Below are positions 17,534-28,943 of a stretch of DNA of 64,000 nucleotides, in pieces. Position 1 is the stretch's first letter, and every line of letters begins with the position of its first letter. The stretch spans positions 4,314,785 through 4,378,784 of the forward strand of contig OY759316.1 in assembly GCA_963662275.1 (NCBI GenBank), read 5' to 3'. The translations under genes and the position numbers were made by a program. A model generated the notes under the pieces. The model ran no database searches. It was not told where the DNA came from and saw only the letters and a program-made list of their open reading frames with translations. This DNA comes from Candidatus Cloacimonadales bacterium. Lineage in GTDB: Bacteria > Cloacimonadota > Cloacimonadia > Cloacimonadales > DAONDQ01.

Positions 17534-18426
17534 GTCTCGTGATTGTTGGTTCCATTGCCTTAGATTCAATAACTACACCAAATGGTTCAATAACAGATGC
17601 CCTTGGTGGTTCAGCAATTTATGCCTCATTGGCTGCAAGACACTTTTGTGAGCCTCATCTCGTTGGTGTAGTGGGTAATGATTTTCCGATCAGTTCCTTA
17701 CAAATGTTGAAAAAAAGGGGCATCAATATAGATGGTTTAGAAATTAAGACGGGTAAAACATTTCGTTGGAAAGGTGAATATCAGCAATGGAATTATGCCT
17801 TAACCCAAGAGACTCAACTGAATGTTTTTGCAGATTTTGATCCGCAGTTACCTTCTAGTTGCATTGCGGGTGATTTTCTTCTCCTGGGAAATATCCATCC
17901 TGCTTTACAATTAAGTGTTTTGAACCAGATCGGGACTCATAAACTTTCTTCCTGTGATACCATGAATTATTGGATCGATCGAACCTATATTCAACTGCTG
18001 GAAGTTATAAAAAGAGTAGATATTGTCTTTATTAATGAAGAAGAAATACGCACACTGACAACTCTTCAGAATGTTTATTCTGCGGGGCAAAAAGTACTTG
18101 AATTAGGACCTCGGATCGTCGTAATCAAAAGAGGCGAGTATGGATCAGTGGTAATGGGCAGAAATTTCCTTTTCTTTGCACCCGGTTATCCTGTGAAGGA
18201 AATCATTGATCCAACAGGTGCAGGTGATAGTTTTGCCGGGGGCTTCATGGGCTATCTTACCAAAGTCGGGAAATTTGATGAACAAACAATTAAAGAAGCC
18301 ACAATTTATGGAACAGTAATGGCTTCATATAATGTCTCGTCATTCAGCACTCAAGTGCTTGAATCTGTAGAAAAATATGAGATTGATAAAAGGAAAAAAG
18401 AATTACATGAGTGGGTTGAATTTTAG
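17530..18426 (+). CDS. PfkB family carbohydrate/nucleoside kinase
   Basis: GGSAIY, DPTGAGDSFAGGF. Confidence 0.9.
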   Translation: MSLVIVGSIALDSITTPNGSITDALGGSAIYASLAARHFCEPHLVGVVGNDFPISSLQMLKKRGINIDGLEIKTGKTFRWKGEYQQWNYALTQETQLNVFADFDPQLPSSCIAGDFLLLGNIHPALQLSVLNQIGTHKLSSCDTMNYWIDRTYIQLLEVIKRVDIVFINEEEIRTLTTLQNVYSAGQKVLELGPRIVVIKRGEYGSVVMGRNFLFFAPGYPVKEIIDPTGAGDSFAGGFMGYLTKVGKFDEQTIKEATIYGTVMASYNVSSFSTQVLESVEKYEIDKRKKELHEWVEF

Positions 18427-18434
18427 GTATTGGC

Positions 18435-19454
18435 ATGGATTATAAAAATTCAGGTGTCGATATTGAAGCTGGTGAAAAGGCAGTATCTCAAATAAAACCT
18501 CTTGTCCGATCTACGTTTAATAAAAATGTAATGACCGATATTGGTGGTTTTGGTGGATTATATGCCTTGGACCTGGTAAAATGGAAAGAGCCAGTTCTTG
18601 TTTCCAGCATGGATGGAGTCGGCACAAAGCTTATGATTGCACAGAAGGCTAGTATATATAATACAATAGGTCAAGACTTAGTGAATCATTGCGTCAATGA
18701 CATTTTCGTACAGGGAGCAATTCCGCAGTACTTTCTTGATTATATTGGTGTCGGGAAACTGTCCACGGATGTTGTCTATCAAATAATTACAGGATTAAGC
18801 AAGGCATGTAAGGAAAATGAAATATCCTTAATTGGTGGAGAGATGGCTGAAATGCCTTGTATATATGCTGAAAATGATTTTGATCTTGCTGGAACGATTG
18901 TTGGTTTAGTGGAGAAAAAGAATCTGATTGATGGTCAGAAGATACAACCAGGTGATATTATCCTGGGTTATCCATCAAATGGTCTTCATACAAATGGATA
19001 TTCACTAGCGAGAGATATTATTTTTCAGAAATTGAATTTGGAAATAGACTCATATGTATCGGATTTATGTGAAACAGTAGGAGATATCTTGTTAAAAATA
19101 CATCGCTCCTATTTTCCGTATTTACGTAATTATATTGTTCCGGAAATGAATCATGGTATGGCTCATATTACGGGTGGTGGTTTACCGGGGAATATTAAGC
19201 GGATTATCCCGGATAATTTACAGGCAGTTATTGAGACAGCAACCTGGCAAATACCAGATGTGTTCCGCTATTTACAGGATGCCGGAAATATTGAGATCAT
19301 GGAAATGTTCAGAGTTTTCAATATGGGGATTGGTTTTGTAGTTGTCATACCTCCCAGTGTTGAAACAGAATTTATGCAAAACACAGCAGCTATTAAAATT
19401 GGGATCATTCAGAAATCTGTTGATCAACGGTCAAAAGTGATTTTACATAGATGA
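18435..19454 (+). CDS. purM: Phosphoribosylformylglycinamidine cyclo-ligase
   Basis: YKNSGVDIEAG, DGVGTKL, GGEMAEMP, SNGLHTNGYSL, HITGGG, FNMGIG. Confidence 0.95.
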   Translation: MDYKNSGVDIEAGEKAVSQIKPLVRSTFNKNVMTDIGGFGGLYALDLVKWKEPVLVSSMDGVGTKLMIAQKASIYNTIGQDLVNHCVNDIFVQGAIPQYFLDYIGVGKLSTDVVYQIITGLSKACKENEISLIGGEMAEMPCIYAENDFDLAGTIVGLVEKKNLIDGQKIQPGDIILGYPSNGLHTNGYSLARDIIFQKLNLEIDSYVSDLCETVGDILLKIHRSYFPYLRNYIVPEMNHGMAHITGGGLPGNIKRIIPDNLQAVIETATWQIPDVFRYLQDAGNIEIMEMFRVFNMGIGFVVVIPPSVETEFMQNTAAIKIGIIQKSVDQRSKVILHR

Positions 19455-20302
19455 TAAAATGGCGTATTTTAACTAACGGGAAGATGTCAGCATCCGAAAA
19501 TATGGCTATTGATGAAGCCATAATGAATGGTTTGGAAAGTGGTATTTCTGAACCAACAATCCGTTTTTATGATTGGAATCCACCTACGGTATCCTTTGGC
19601 TTCCACCAGGATATCGAAAAAGAGGCGGATTTAGAGAGAATTAATGCCAAAGGGTTTGGATTGATTAGACGTCCAACAGGTGGTAGATTAGTTCTACATA
19701 AAAATGAAATCACATATGCGGTGATTGCACCTCTCTCAGATCACCTTGCTGGAAGTATCATAGATGTCTATGCAGAAATTAGTCTTGCGCTGGCAGAAGG
19801 TCTGCGGATGATGGGAATCAATGTGCAGTTTGAAAAGGGCTCATTAACATCACAGGAACAGCGTGAAGTTAGTAATCCCTGTTTTTCAAGCAGCTCAAAG
19901 TATGAGTTAACCTATCAGCGAAAAAAGATAGTAGGCAGTGCTCAATTACGAAGGAATAATGTATTTCTTCAACATGGATCGATCCTATTGGAAAAAAATC
20001 AGGAAGAAGTAGCTGATTTATTACCCGGTTTAACGGATGAACAACGGAAAAAATTGGGTCAATATTTACAAAAAAAAACAATCTCAATTAATGAAATAAG
20101 AGATATGCCTATTGCCTTTTCAGAAGCTGTAACTTATCTGATAACAGGATTTAAGAGCATTTGGACAATGGACTCGTTTTATGAGGTTAATCATCTTAAT
20201 AACTTAGAAATAAAAGAAGTTAACGAATTGATCACAAAAAAATACGGTCAAGAGCATTGGACTTATGCCTTTAGTGATAATGGGAATAAGCGACAAAAAT
20301 AA
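19451..20302 (+). CDS. Lipoate-protein ligase/octanoyltransferase (LplA/LipM family)
   Basis: NMAIDEA, RRPTGGRLVLH, KIVGSAQ, LQHGSI. Confidence 0.88.
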   Translation: MIKWRILTNGKMSASENMAIDEAIMNGLESGISEPTIRFYDWNPPTVSFGFHQDIEKEADLERINAKGFGLIRRPTGGRLVLHKNEITYAVIAPLSDHLAGSIIDVYAEISLALAEGLRMMGINVQFEKGSLTSQEQREVSNPCFSSSSKYELTYQRKKIVGSAQLRRNNVFLQHGSILLEKNQEEVADLLPGLTDEQRKKLGQYLQKKTISINEIRDMPIAFSEAVTYLITGFKSIWTMDSFYEVNHLNNLEIKEVNELITKKYGQEHWTYAFSDNGNKRQK

Positions 20303-20384
20303 TTTGACATAAAGATATATAGAATTTGTTTTGATAGAAAGGTAGAATTTAAGAAATGGTTAGGATATAAGGGAGGATTCAGTA

Positions 20385-23300
20385 ATGCGAAAGCTATTTT
20401 TTGCAGTGATGATCTTATGTTTATTTTGCAGTATGGCTTTGTTTGCTGCAACTACCGGTAAATTAGCTGGTAGAGTGACAGACTCAATGGGCCGACCTCT
20501 AGCTTATGCGAATGTCATATTGCAAGGGACACAAATTGGAGCACAAACAAAGGAAAATGGTTCATTTATCATTATTAATGTTCCACCAGGAACATATAAT
20601 GTGATATTTACTGCCATAGGCTATGATAAATACACTGTTAATGGTGTTCGTATTAACGTGGACGGAACAGCTACGGTAAATGCAAAGTTGCCCATCAAAG
20701 GTGTTGCCATTGAAGGCGTGACTGTAAATGCCGTGCAAGAAAAGATACAGAAGGGAAAGGTTGGTTCCGGTAGAAATATCCAGATGGAACAAAGTGGAGA
20801 CGTAGCAGTGAAAAGTGTTGAAGGTTTGATTGCACTTGAAGCTGGTGTTACACAGAGCGGTGGTGAAATTCATGTTCGTGGTGGTCGCGGTAATGAAGTA
20901 GTTTATTCTATCGATGGCATGTCTGTATCTGATCCTGTAGACGGTGGTGCAGCATTATCTGTGGATACTGATGCAATACAAGACATGTCAATCATGACTG
21001 GCAGTTTTTCAGCAGAATATGGAAATGCACAATCTGGAGTCGTAAATATCGTGACTAAAGACGGAGATGAATTTTATTCTGGTAAAATTGAATTTGATAC
21101 AGATCATATAATTAGTGAAGGAAGGAATTCAGACCTGGTTAAATTTGCTTTGGGAGGACCGATTCTAGGTAATATAGCACCTGCTTTGAAGAAAAGTCTG
21201 ACTTTCTATATAAATGGTGCTGCTGCTTGGGACGATGGTTATTATCGTGCTCTTTATAAGAATTCTCCCAATAATGATTTTATTTATCGTTATCCAGTGT
21301 ATGAAAACACAGATTCTATGCATGTAATCACTTCACGGTTACTCGAGAATGAATATTCAGCTAACGATCCATATAAGAATCGGAAGAACTTCATGGGATT
21401 TGATCTTGGAAATCGAAATTTCGATTCCTATAATTTAAATGCGAAAACAAAGTACGTTATTGATGCACTTCAGAATGTAACTTTTGGTATTCGTGGCGAC
21501 CGCGTAACGAATAATCCTTTCAGTCATACTTGGAAATATGCTCTTGATCATTATTGGTCTGATCGGACTGATCAACGTCAGTATATCGTAACATATGATA
21601 AATCCTTCAGCCCTAAACAAATGAACTTGAAGGTTAAAGCGAGTTATTATGATAAAGTTCATGACCTTGGACCAAAAGGAGTGGACAGAAATAATTACAT
21701 GAGTCTATATATCAATCCAGATTCATTGGCGAATCCTGTTAATCTTGCAGCTTATATCCGAAGAATAATGAATAGTTCAGATTATGGCTATATGAGCATT
21801 GACCAGATTGCCGATGGAGTGATGGATGATGGTTATTTACCTGCCAGTTTCTGGACATATCGTACACAGGGCTTAGAGAATGCCCAAAACGTGGAAGGAT
21901 TTACCGCACCCGGCACGATTTTTGATACATTCATTAATGATAAAACCTCTACTTTTAATTTTCGTGCTGATTTAGAATATCAGTTAAATTCAATTCACTT
22001 GGCAAAGACGGGATTTGAAGTTTATAAACACCATATTGTTAAAGATCAGTTGAGTGGTTTCTTAAGCATATATGAAGATCGTCGCCAGAAATACCTTGAT
22101 CAAATTATTGATATTACAGATACCTTGCAATATGTTGATACTGACTCAACTGAAACAGGTGCATTTGTACCTCCCCAATTATTGGGTGTGATACAAAACG
22201 GTGAAAATAACTATATACCAATCTATAAACCCCAGGATTATCTTGCCGCTGCTTACGCTGCATCCGGAAAACATGATAGTTATATAGCGGATCCGTGGCA
22301 GGGGGCTTATTATATCCAAGACAAGATGGAATGGGAAGGAATGATTGTAAACTTAGGTGTCAGGACAGATTTTTGGTATCTGGGAACAAAGTACCAGGTC
22401 AAGAATGATGATGGCACATATCGTTATGAAGATTTCAAACCTGAAGAGAGATTACAATTAATGGTTTCACCAAGATTGGGTGTTTCTCATCCGATTTCTG
22501 AAAGAGATGTATTACGTTTCGCATATAATTATCAGAATCAATTACCGCAAATGCAATACATTTTTACAAGTAAGACTCCAGCAGATGCTCAGGTTTCTGA
22601 TGAGATAATAACCGTAGGTAATCCCAAATTACAGCCACAGATAACGGTTACCTATGAAGTTGGTCTTCAGCACCAGATATCTGAAGATTATGTAGCGGAT
22701 ATCACTGCTTACTATAAGAATATATACAACTACGTCAGCACGAAGAAAGTAAGCCAGCCTGGACAAGAGCAGGTTTACTGGTATGAATATACTTCGGAAG
22801 ATTATGGTAGTGCTCGAGGATTAGATTTGTCGGTGGAAAAGTATATGTCGAATTTCTTTTCTGCTAATCTAGCTTATTCTTTATCATGGGCTCAAGGTAA
22901 TAATTCTGATGTTGTCATCCAGGATGTGATGACTTCTCTCCGTGAATTTCCCTTGGATTGGGATATTCGTCACAATCTCAATGCAAGCTTCTCATTTAGA
23001 ATAGATCGAGGAGAAGAATTCTTTATTCCCTTTACTTCCCTTATTTTACCCATAGATGATTTCTCAGCTAACGTAACTTATAACGTTGCTTCCGGAAGTC
23101 CATATACACCGCAGACTTTGTTAGGTAGTACAGCACTGGATACAAACAGTAAGCGGAAGGATTTCACTCAAAACACGAATCTGAAGTTGACGAAAACGAT
23201 TGCCATGAATAAAAAGATGTCTGTCAGATTATTTATCGATGTCCAGAATCTATTTAAGAATATGAATGTCCTGACAGTCTATCCTAAGACAGGTTCGCCT

Positions 23301-23444
23301 TATGTTGATGGCACAGATATTAGCGATGCCAGCACAGGCTTTGTTTATCCTGAACGGCAAGTTGTGCACCAATTGTACATTCAGAACCCGAGTTATGTTG
23401 ATAATGAACGCAACATCACTCTAGGTGTTTCATATAATTTCTAA
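20385..23444 (+). CDS. TonB-dependent receptor with N-terminal carboxypeptidase-regulatory-like domain
   Basis: Signal; TTGKLAGRVTD, IHVRGGR, SAEYGNAQSGVVNIVTK, SPRLGVSHPI, C-terminal YNF. Confidence 0.9.
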   Translation: MRKLFFAVMILCLFCSMALFAATTGKLAGRVTDSMGRPLAYANVILQGTQIGAQTKENGSFIIINVPPGTYNVIFTAIGYDKYTVNGVRINVDGTATVNAKLPIKGVAIEGVTVNAVQEKIQKGKVGSGRNIQMEQSGDVAVKSVEGLIALEAGVTQSGGEIHVRGGRGNEVVYSIDGMSVSDPVDGGAALSVDTDAIQDMSIMTGSFSAEYGNAQSGVVNIVTKDGDEFYSGKIEFDTDHIISEGRNSDLVKFALGGPILGNIAPALKKSLTFYINGAAAWDDGYYRALYKNSPNNDFIYRYPVYENTDSMHVITSRLLENEYSANDPYKNRKNFMGFDLGNRNFDSYNLNAKTKYVIDALQNVTFGIRGDRVTNNPFSHTWKYALDHYWSDRTDQRQYIVTYDKSFSPKQMNLKVKASYYDKVHDLGPKGVDRNNYMSLYINPDSLANPVNLAAYIRRIMNSSDYGYMSIDQIADGVMDDGYLPASFWTYRTQGLENAQNVEGFTAPGTIFDTFINDKTSTFNFRADLEYQLNSIHLAKTGFEVYKHHIVKDQLSGFLSIYEDRRQKYLDQIIDITDTLQYVDTDSTETGAFVPPQLLGVIQNGENNYIPIYKPQDYLAAAYAASGKHDSYIADPWQGAYYIQDKMEWEGMIVNLGVRTDFWYLGTKYQVKNDDGTYRYEDFKPEERLQLMVSPRLGVSHPISERDVLRFAYNYQNQLPQMQYIFTSKTPADAQVSDEIITVGNPKLQPQITVTYEVGLQHQISEDYVADITAYYKNIYNYVSTKKVSQPGQEQVYWYEYTSEDYGSARGLDLSVEKYMSNFFSANLAYSLSWAQGNNSDVVIQDVMTSLREFPLDWDIRHNLNASFSFRIDRGEEFFIPFTSLILPIDDFSANVTYNVASGSPYTPQTLLGSTALDTNSKRKDFTQNTNLKLTKTIAMNKKMSVRLFIDVQNLFKNMNVLTVYPKTGSPYVDGTDISDASTGFVYPERQVVHQLYIQNPSYVDNERNITLGVSYNF

Positions 23445-23466
23445 AAAAAGTAGGAGGAATAATAAA

Positions 23467-24207
23467 ATGAGAAAGAAAATCACAATGACATTAATAATGG
23501 CCTGCAGTTTTATGATGACGGCTATTGTATATGCTGCCGATACAGCGGCACCGCAGATCAGTGGTTTTGAAACATTAGCCCGTAAAGTTCTGGGAAGTGG
23601 TTTTGTGCAATTTTTCATCGAGGGTGGATGGGCTATGTGGCCTATCCTGTTTATTGCTATTTATGGTATTGCTTACGCAATCTGGAAATTCATCTCCTTG
23701 AATTATGCAAAGATTAATGTTACAAATTTTCTTGATACTTTCATACCTCTAATTGAAAAGAAGAATTTCAAAGAAGCTCTTGAAATGGCTAAGAAAACAC
23801 GTGGTCCCATTGGGGCAACATTAGTTGCTGCTATGCTAAAAATTGATAAGGGACAAGCGGCCGTGGAGAAGGCGGTCGAAAATGCCGGTATAATAGAAAT
23901 GTCTTTCCTCGAAAAAGGTTTTACTGAACTAGGTACCGCCATCACACTAGCTCCTATGTTAGGATTTCTAGGTACTGTTGCTGGTATGGTCCAGGCATTT
24001 GACGCTATTGCAAGAGCTGGATCTGTTGAACCAACGATCGTTGCATCAGGTATCAAGGTTGCATTGATCACCACAGTATCAGGCTTGGTTGTTGCCATTC
24101 CTATACAGATGCTGAGTAATATCTATATGGTTATGGTCGATGGTTTAGTTCTTGATCTTCAAAGAGTTACAGAGAAGGTTATGGAAACCCTCGTTGAACA
24201 GCAATAA
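23467..24207 (+). CDS. exbB: MotA/TolQ/ExbB proton channel
   Basis: GGWAMWPI, APMLGFLGTVAGM, GIKVALITTVSGLVVAIP; AGGAGG RBS before 23467. Confidence 0.88.
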   Translation: MRKKITMTLIMACSFMMTAIVYAADTAAPQISGFETLARKVLGSGFVQFFIEGGWAMWPILFIAIYGIAYAIWKFISLNYAKINVTNFLDTFIPLIEKKNFKEALEMAKKTRGPIGATLVAAMLKIDKGQAAVEKAVENAGIIEMSFLEKGFTELGTAITLAPMLGFLGTVAGMVQAFDAIARAGSVEPTIVASGIKVALITTVSGLVVAIPIQMLSNIYMVMVDGLVLDLQRVTEKVMETLVEQQ

Positions 24208-24222
24208 CAGGGAGAATATCAA

Positions 24223-24636
24223 ATGATTAAAAGAAAAAGGAAAGCTGGTCTTACAATACCAACAGCCTCTACTGGTGATATTGCTTTCCTGTTGATCATA
24301 TTCTTCATGTCTACTACTAAATTTGATACAAAGATCGGATTGGGTTTGACATTACCCCCCGCTGCTGTTGAAGGTGCGGAGAAGGTTAAAATAGCCGAAA
24401 AGAATATGACTAGAATTTTCATTAGTAAAGATGGTCAGTTCTTGGTTAATGATCAGCTAATGGCAAGGCAAGATTTACCCAAACTTGAAGATATGATTCG
24501 GAAAAGTGTTTCTGAAAATCCAAAAATGGTGATCTCTTTGAAAACAGATCGCGAAGCAAGTTATGATGATATGATTATGGTTTTAGATCGTCTGCAGAAA
24601 GCAGGTGCTGCCAAAATTGCATTATCGACGAATTAG
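24223..24636 (+). CDS. exbD: ExbD/TolR family protein
   Basis: TGDIAFLLIIFFM TM segment with conserved Asp. Confidence 0.85.
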   Translation: MIKRKRKAGLTIPTASTGDIAFLLIIFFMSTTKFDTKIGLGLTLPPAAVEGAEKVKIAEKNMTRIFISKDGQFLVNDQLMARQDLPKLEDMIRKSVSENPKMVISLKTDREASYDDMIMVLDRLQKAGAAKIALSTN

Positions 24637-24644
24637 GGGGAGAT

Positions 24645-25061
24645 ATGGCAAAATTCCTGAGAAAAAGAAAAAAATTCCTTATCCCCGATTGCTCAACATC
24701 AGACATTGCATTCCTGCTCTTACTTTTTTTCATGGTGACAACGGTGTTCGTGAAGGAAAAGAAATTTTGGGTAGCTATGGATCGTTTACCAAATGCGGAA
24801 TCTATGACTAAAATACCTCGTCAACATGCGGCTACTATATATGTAACAGCGAATGGAGATATTTTTATTGATGACTTTATGGTTCCCTTAGAACAAGTTG
24901 GAGTTGTTGAACAACAGAAGCTTGCCTTAGATTATAATCTGGTAACAAGCTTTCGTACAGATCGTAATTCTCGATATGGTGTCATGTCCGATATTCTTAA
25001 GCAAATGCAAGATGTCGGTGCATATAAAGTATCATTTGAAGCAAAAAGAAAGAGGTTATGA
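24645..25061 (+). CDS. exbD: Second ExbD/TolR family protein
   Basis: TSDIAFLLLLFFMVTT. Confidence 0.85.
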   Translation: MAKFLRKRKKFLIPDCSTSDIAFLLLLFFMVTTVFVKEKKFWVAMDRLPNAESMTKIPRQHAATIYVTANGDIFIDDFMVPLEQVGVVEQQKLALDYNLVTSFRTDRNSRYGVMSDILKQMQDVGAYKVSFEAKRKRL

Positions 25062-25711
25062 CCATGGCTAAAATAAGGATGCATGATTGGAAAGATATAG
25101 CACTGTCATATCTGGATAAATCTTTCAGTTTATCAATTTTGTTCTTTCTATTTGTTGTGATGGTTTCACCTAAACTAAAAATTCAACCCTATCAATATCA
25201 AAGCAAAGATGTTCAATCCATAGATATTCCTGCAGAAATGCGAGAAAAGATCAAACCTCCTGAAAACATAACCAAACCGGTTTTCAATGTTGTTATTGAT
25301 GAAAATCTTAGTGGAAGAGATGTTGGTGGAGAAATCAAAGAGATAGAATCAATAGATCCTACGACTCTTGATCTGAAATCAAAGGTGGAAGGAGTTCGCA
25401 AAATAGGTGAAACGCCTAAATTCGTGGCATACGAAGATCCACCTGTTGTCGTTAGCAAAGTCGTTCCTGAATATACACAGTTTGCGAGAAGAGCAAATAT
25501 TCAAGGTACTGTATGGCTGGATGTGGAAATACTCGTTGATGGACGTGTTGGAGCTGTTGTAGTTAAGAAAACTCTTGATAGTAGCCCTGGTGGTTTAGAT
25601 GAGGCTGCAATTGCAGCAGTCAAGAAGTGGAAATTCCAACCAGCAAAAAGTAGTGGTAGACCTGTTGCATGTTGGGCGGCAATCCCTGTAGTATTTTCGC
25701 TTAGCCAATAA
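25058..25711 (+). CDS. tonB: Energy transducer TonB
   Basis: N-terminal TM; PEY..FARRANIQGTV...LDEAAIAAVKKWKFQPA C-domain. Confidence 0.88.
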   Translation: MTMAKIRMHDWKDIALSYLDKSFSLSILFFLFVVMVSPKLKIQPYQYQSKDVQSIDIPAEMREKIKPPENITKPVFNVVIDENLSGRDVGGEIKEIESIDPTTLDLKSKVEGVRKIGETPKFVAYEDPPVVVSKVVPEYTQFARRANIQGTVWLDVEILVDGRVGAVVVKKTLDSSPGGLDEAAIAAVKKWKFQPAKSSGRPVACWAAIPVVFSLSQ

Positions 25712-25829
25712 GACTTAAGTAAGTGAAATGGATTTTATCTTAATTATCTAGAAAAAAATAAATTAAGTAATTGTGTATTGACGAAGTTATCAATGCAACA
25801 GAAGGATATTATAAAGTGGAGGATTATAC

Positions 25830-28800
25830 ATGAGATTATCCTTGAAATTCATTTGTATTTTGATGGTATTTCTGATCGCCTGTACAATGTTAATGGCTAG
25901 GGCAGTCACACCTCAAGAGCAATCAAAAAAATTCGATTTATCTAAATGGCACAATGTCGGAAACATCTGGTTACGAGTTAGTAACTATGGATTTTTCGGA
26001 GCTGGTGATGCAACCGATCCTTCCTGGCCATCTTTAGAATATCCGGGTGGATCAGGTATTGATTATCTGTATCAAGGTGCATTGTGGTTTGGCGCTAAAA
26101 AGGCTCGGAGAAGTTTAGATGGAAAAAAACTGTATTGGTTCGCTAACAAGCCAACTAATACTCCAGCTGATAGCGCAAGAACTATTACCGTTGATGATAC
26201 CTTATGGAATCCGAATAAAAAAGCTGTTTTAGATACTTTAGTAACTGTTGGTTTTGATGGAGATTTAGGATTAAATGAATTTTTACCTGCGTATAATCCT
26301 CTCGAAAGCAGCAATGGAAATATTGCTTCAGACTTCAATTTATATCAGAACTCGGATGATATTATGTCAGCCTCAACTCGTACTCAAAAAAGAGGGACTG
26401 ATGATGACGGAGATAATAGCATCGATGAAGATTTTGCAGGATATACATTTCCATTTCGACCTAGTAGCGAATTACCTTCTCAGTTTTCAGGATTTGGTGC
26501 TTTATTCCCACACGAATTAACTCTAATACAAACTGATATTATCAAAAAAGGAAACAATCTGGATATTTGGTTTCCACTAGGATTCATGGATTTGGGAACT
26601 GCCATTGATGGGATTAATCCCCGTTTTAATTTTACATCTCCAAATGATGATGACGGAGATGGACTTATTGATGAAGATGGTGCTCCAGTTTCAGAACAGG
26701 ATTTTGTATCTTATTACTACGATTATAGTCCTTTTGGAACGAGAGGAGATAGGGACTGGGGACGAGATAAGTCACAAACAACGCATGTGCCTTTAAATGT
26801 TATGGTGCGTCAGATGAGCTACCAGTGGAGTTATGATTATATTAAAAATCTTTGTTATGTGGAATTTGATATCACGAATATGAATGCTCAGGATACGCTT
26901 TATGACTGTGCTATGGGTATTTATATGGATAGTGATTGTGGCCCGCAGACTTGGACTGGTGACCAGAGATCACTTGACGATATTTCTGGTTACGTGAGTG
27001 GTTCTGGTTATGAATTTGCCTATACTAGGGATGACAATGGCGATGGTGGTTTAACTACAGGTATTATTGGTTCCAGAGTATGTTCACCTGATCCTTCAGA
27101 CTTGCAGTTTGCATGTTGGTATTGGGAACGTGGAGACGGACCAGATGATTCAGATGCCTTAAACTTGAACCCTACTAAAAAAACTGCCAACGAAAAATAC
27201 AGGCTTTTAACCAATGATCCTAAAAATCCCGATATAAACAAATATACTTCCTTGAAACCGCCTGAAAACTCTTCTTCAACTGAATATCATCAACCATCAC
27301 CTTCAGATACACGGTATTTATTTGCCTTTTACGGTTCTCAACAAGGATACACAAATCCCAGTGATCTTACAGCATGGAATCTAAAACCAGGCAATACGAT
27401 GAAAATAGTAATTGCGGTATTTCCCGGTAAAGATCTCGAAGATTTAAAAGCTTCAGCAAACTGGGCTGCAACTATTTATGGTAAAGCTCAAACCTTAAAC
27501 ACTGTGGTTTTACCTGATACTTTTCCACACTATAATCCACCTGAACCGCCGACGATACCTAAAATGGGTGCAATTATTGTTGGTAGCGGAAACGGTATAG
27601 ATGTATATTGGGATAATCGGTCTGAGTATTCTTATGATTCGAAAACTGTGACTGATGCTGTTACAGGATGGCAGGATTCTCTTCATGTGGTAAATCATGG
27701 TTTTAACAGCGATCCAACTTCTCTCAGTGTCCCACATGCTGATTATCCTCCTCAATTTGCAAATCTTCCAGGTATTGTTGTACCTAATAGCAACGCAACT
27801 GTAAATCCATTTACATCCTATAGACTTAGGCATGATTTCCAAGGTTATACACTTTGGGGAAGATCTGGAAGTGGTTCGCAAGAAGATTGGGTTCTGCAGG
27901 AAAAATGGGATAAAATTGATACTCCTCAAGATGTTCTAGATTATTCGATCAATCCAACAGATAGTGTAGATTATGGTGGATATCTTGGAAGTAATAAAGG
28001 TCTGCCTAATGAAATGGAAGCAACAAATGCAGATACACTATTTTATAAATATGATGAAAATTACTTTTTAAAGAAGATTGTTCCCCATGATAAATTCTAT
28101 GGAATTCATCTCTATAATCCGCATGTCGAATGGTCTGATTCTTTACAAACAGTTGCTAATGCCATGGCGAATAATTCCTCATATCCAACACAAGAAGAGA
28201 AAAATATGCAGGCTTTAATGTTTAAAAACCAAAATGTTCCTGCTTATATTTTCCTTGAATTGTATGATGATGCTTTAATACCGCTACTTAAGCATGGAGG
28301 ACAGACGAGTTTACCTCTTGCTGAGTTTGAAAATGCTAATGATTACACAAAGCTCATAAAACTCAAACAATCTCGTTTAGCAAGGCGTTATTACACATCA
28401 CATATTTATAATCCACCGAAAGGTATTGAATATTATGTAGCAGTTACTGCTTATGATCGAGGTATTCCTAGTCAAAATCTGAATTACTTGGAAACAGGTC
28501 GTGATGCGAGTGCAAATATGAAAACACTATTCCCTGGACCTTTAGCGAATGAAAGTATGAATAACATTTATGTCGTTCCAAATCCGTATTTAGGATTAAG
28601 TAAATTTGATGGACGACGTGAAAATGATATGAAAGGTGATAGAAGTAAGAGAATATGGTTTGTGAATATTCCTGAAAGATGTCAAATTCGAATTTATACA
28701 CTTGCCGGTGACTTAGTTGACGAAATATCGCATAATGGAGCATATAATGAAGATGTGATTACAATTAGTAAAGCTTCTGCATTAGGTATTGCTGCCAGTG

Positions 28801-28934
28801 GTATTCAGTCCTGGGACTTATTAGCAAAACATGGTCAAGTTAGTCAAATTACTGCCAGTGGTATCTACCTGTTTTCTGTAGAGAACAAGAAGAATGGGGA
28901 AAGAAAAACCGGCAAATTTGTATTACTTAAATAA
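25830..28934 (+). CDS. Large secreted protein with DxDGDG acidic motifs and a CTD-like C-terminus
   Basis: Signal; SLEYPGGSGIDYLYQGALW; DDDGDGLIDED; C-terminal IYVVPNPY...IYTLAGDLV...ASGIYLF...GKFVLLK. Confidence 0.65.
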   Translation: MRLSLKFICILMVFLIACTMLMARAVTPQEQSKKFDLSKWHNVGNIWLRVSNYGFFGAGDATDPSWPSLEYPGGSGIDYLYQGALWFGAKKARRSLDGKKLYWFANKPTNTPADSARTITVDDTLWNPNKKAVLDTLVTVGFDGDLGLNEFLPAYNPLESSNGNIASDFNLYQNSDDIMSASTRTQKRGTDDDGDNSIDEDFAGYTFPFRPSSELPSQFSGFGALFPHELTLIQTDIIKKGNNLDIWFPLGFMDLGTAIDGINPRFNFTSPNDDDGDGLIDEDGAPVSEQDFVSYYYDYSPFGTRGDRDWGRDKSQTTHVPLNVMVRQMSYQWSYDYIKNLCYVEFDITNMNAQDTLYDCAMGIYMDSDCGPQTWTGDQRSLDDISGYVSGSGYEFAYTRDDNGDGGLTTGIIGSRVCSPDPSDLQFACWYWERGDGPDDSDALNLNPTKKTANEKYRLLTNDPKNPDINKYTSLKPPENSSSTEYHQPSPSDTRYLFAFYGSQQGYTNPSDLTAWNLKPGNTMKIVIAVFPGKDLEDLKASANWAATIYGKAQTLNTVVLPDTFPHYNPPEPPTIPKMGAIIVGSGNGIDVYWDNRSEYSYDSKTVTDAVTGWQDSLHVVNHGFNSDPTSLSVPHADYPPQFANLPGIVVPNSNATVNPFTSYRLRHDFQGYTLWGRSGSGSQEDWVLQEKWDKIDTPQDVLDYSINPTDSVDYGGYLGSNKGLPNEMEATNADTLFYKYDENYFLKKIVPHDKFYGIHLYNPHVEWSDSLQTVANAMANNSSYPTQEEKNMQALMFKNQNVPAYIFLELYDDALIPLLKHGGQTSLPLAEFENANDYTKLIKLKQSRLARRYYTSHIYNPPKGIEYYVAVTAYDRGIPSQNLNYLETGRDASANMKTLFPGPLANESMNNIYVVPNPYLGLSKFDGRRENDMKGDRSKRIWFVNIPERCQIRIYTLAGDLVDEISHNGAYNEDVITISKASALGIAASGIQSWDLLAKHGQVSQITASGIYLFSVENKKNGERKTGKFVLLK

Positions 28935-28943
28935 GGAGGAACT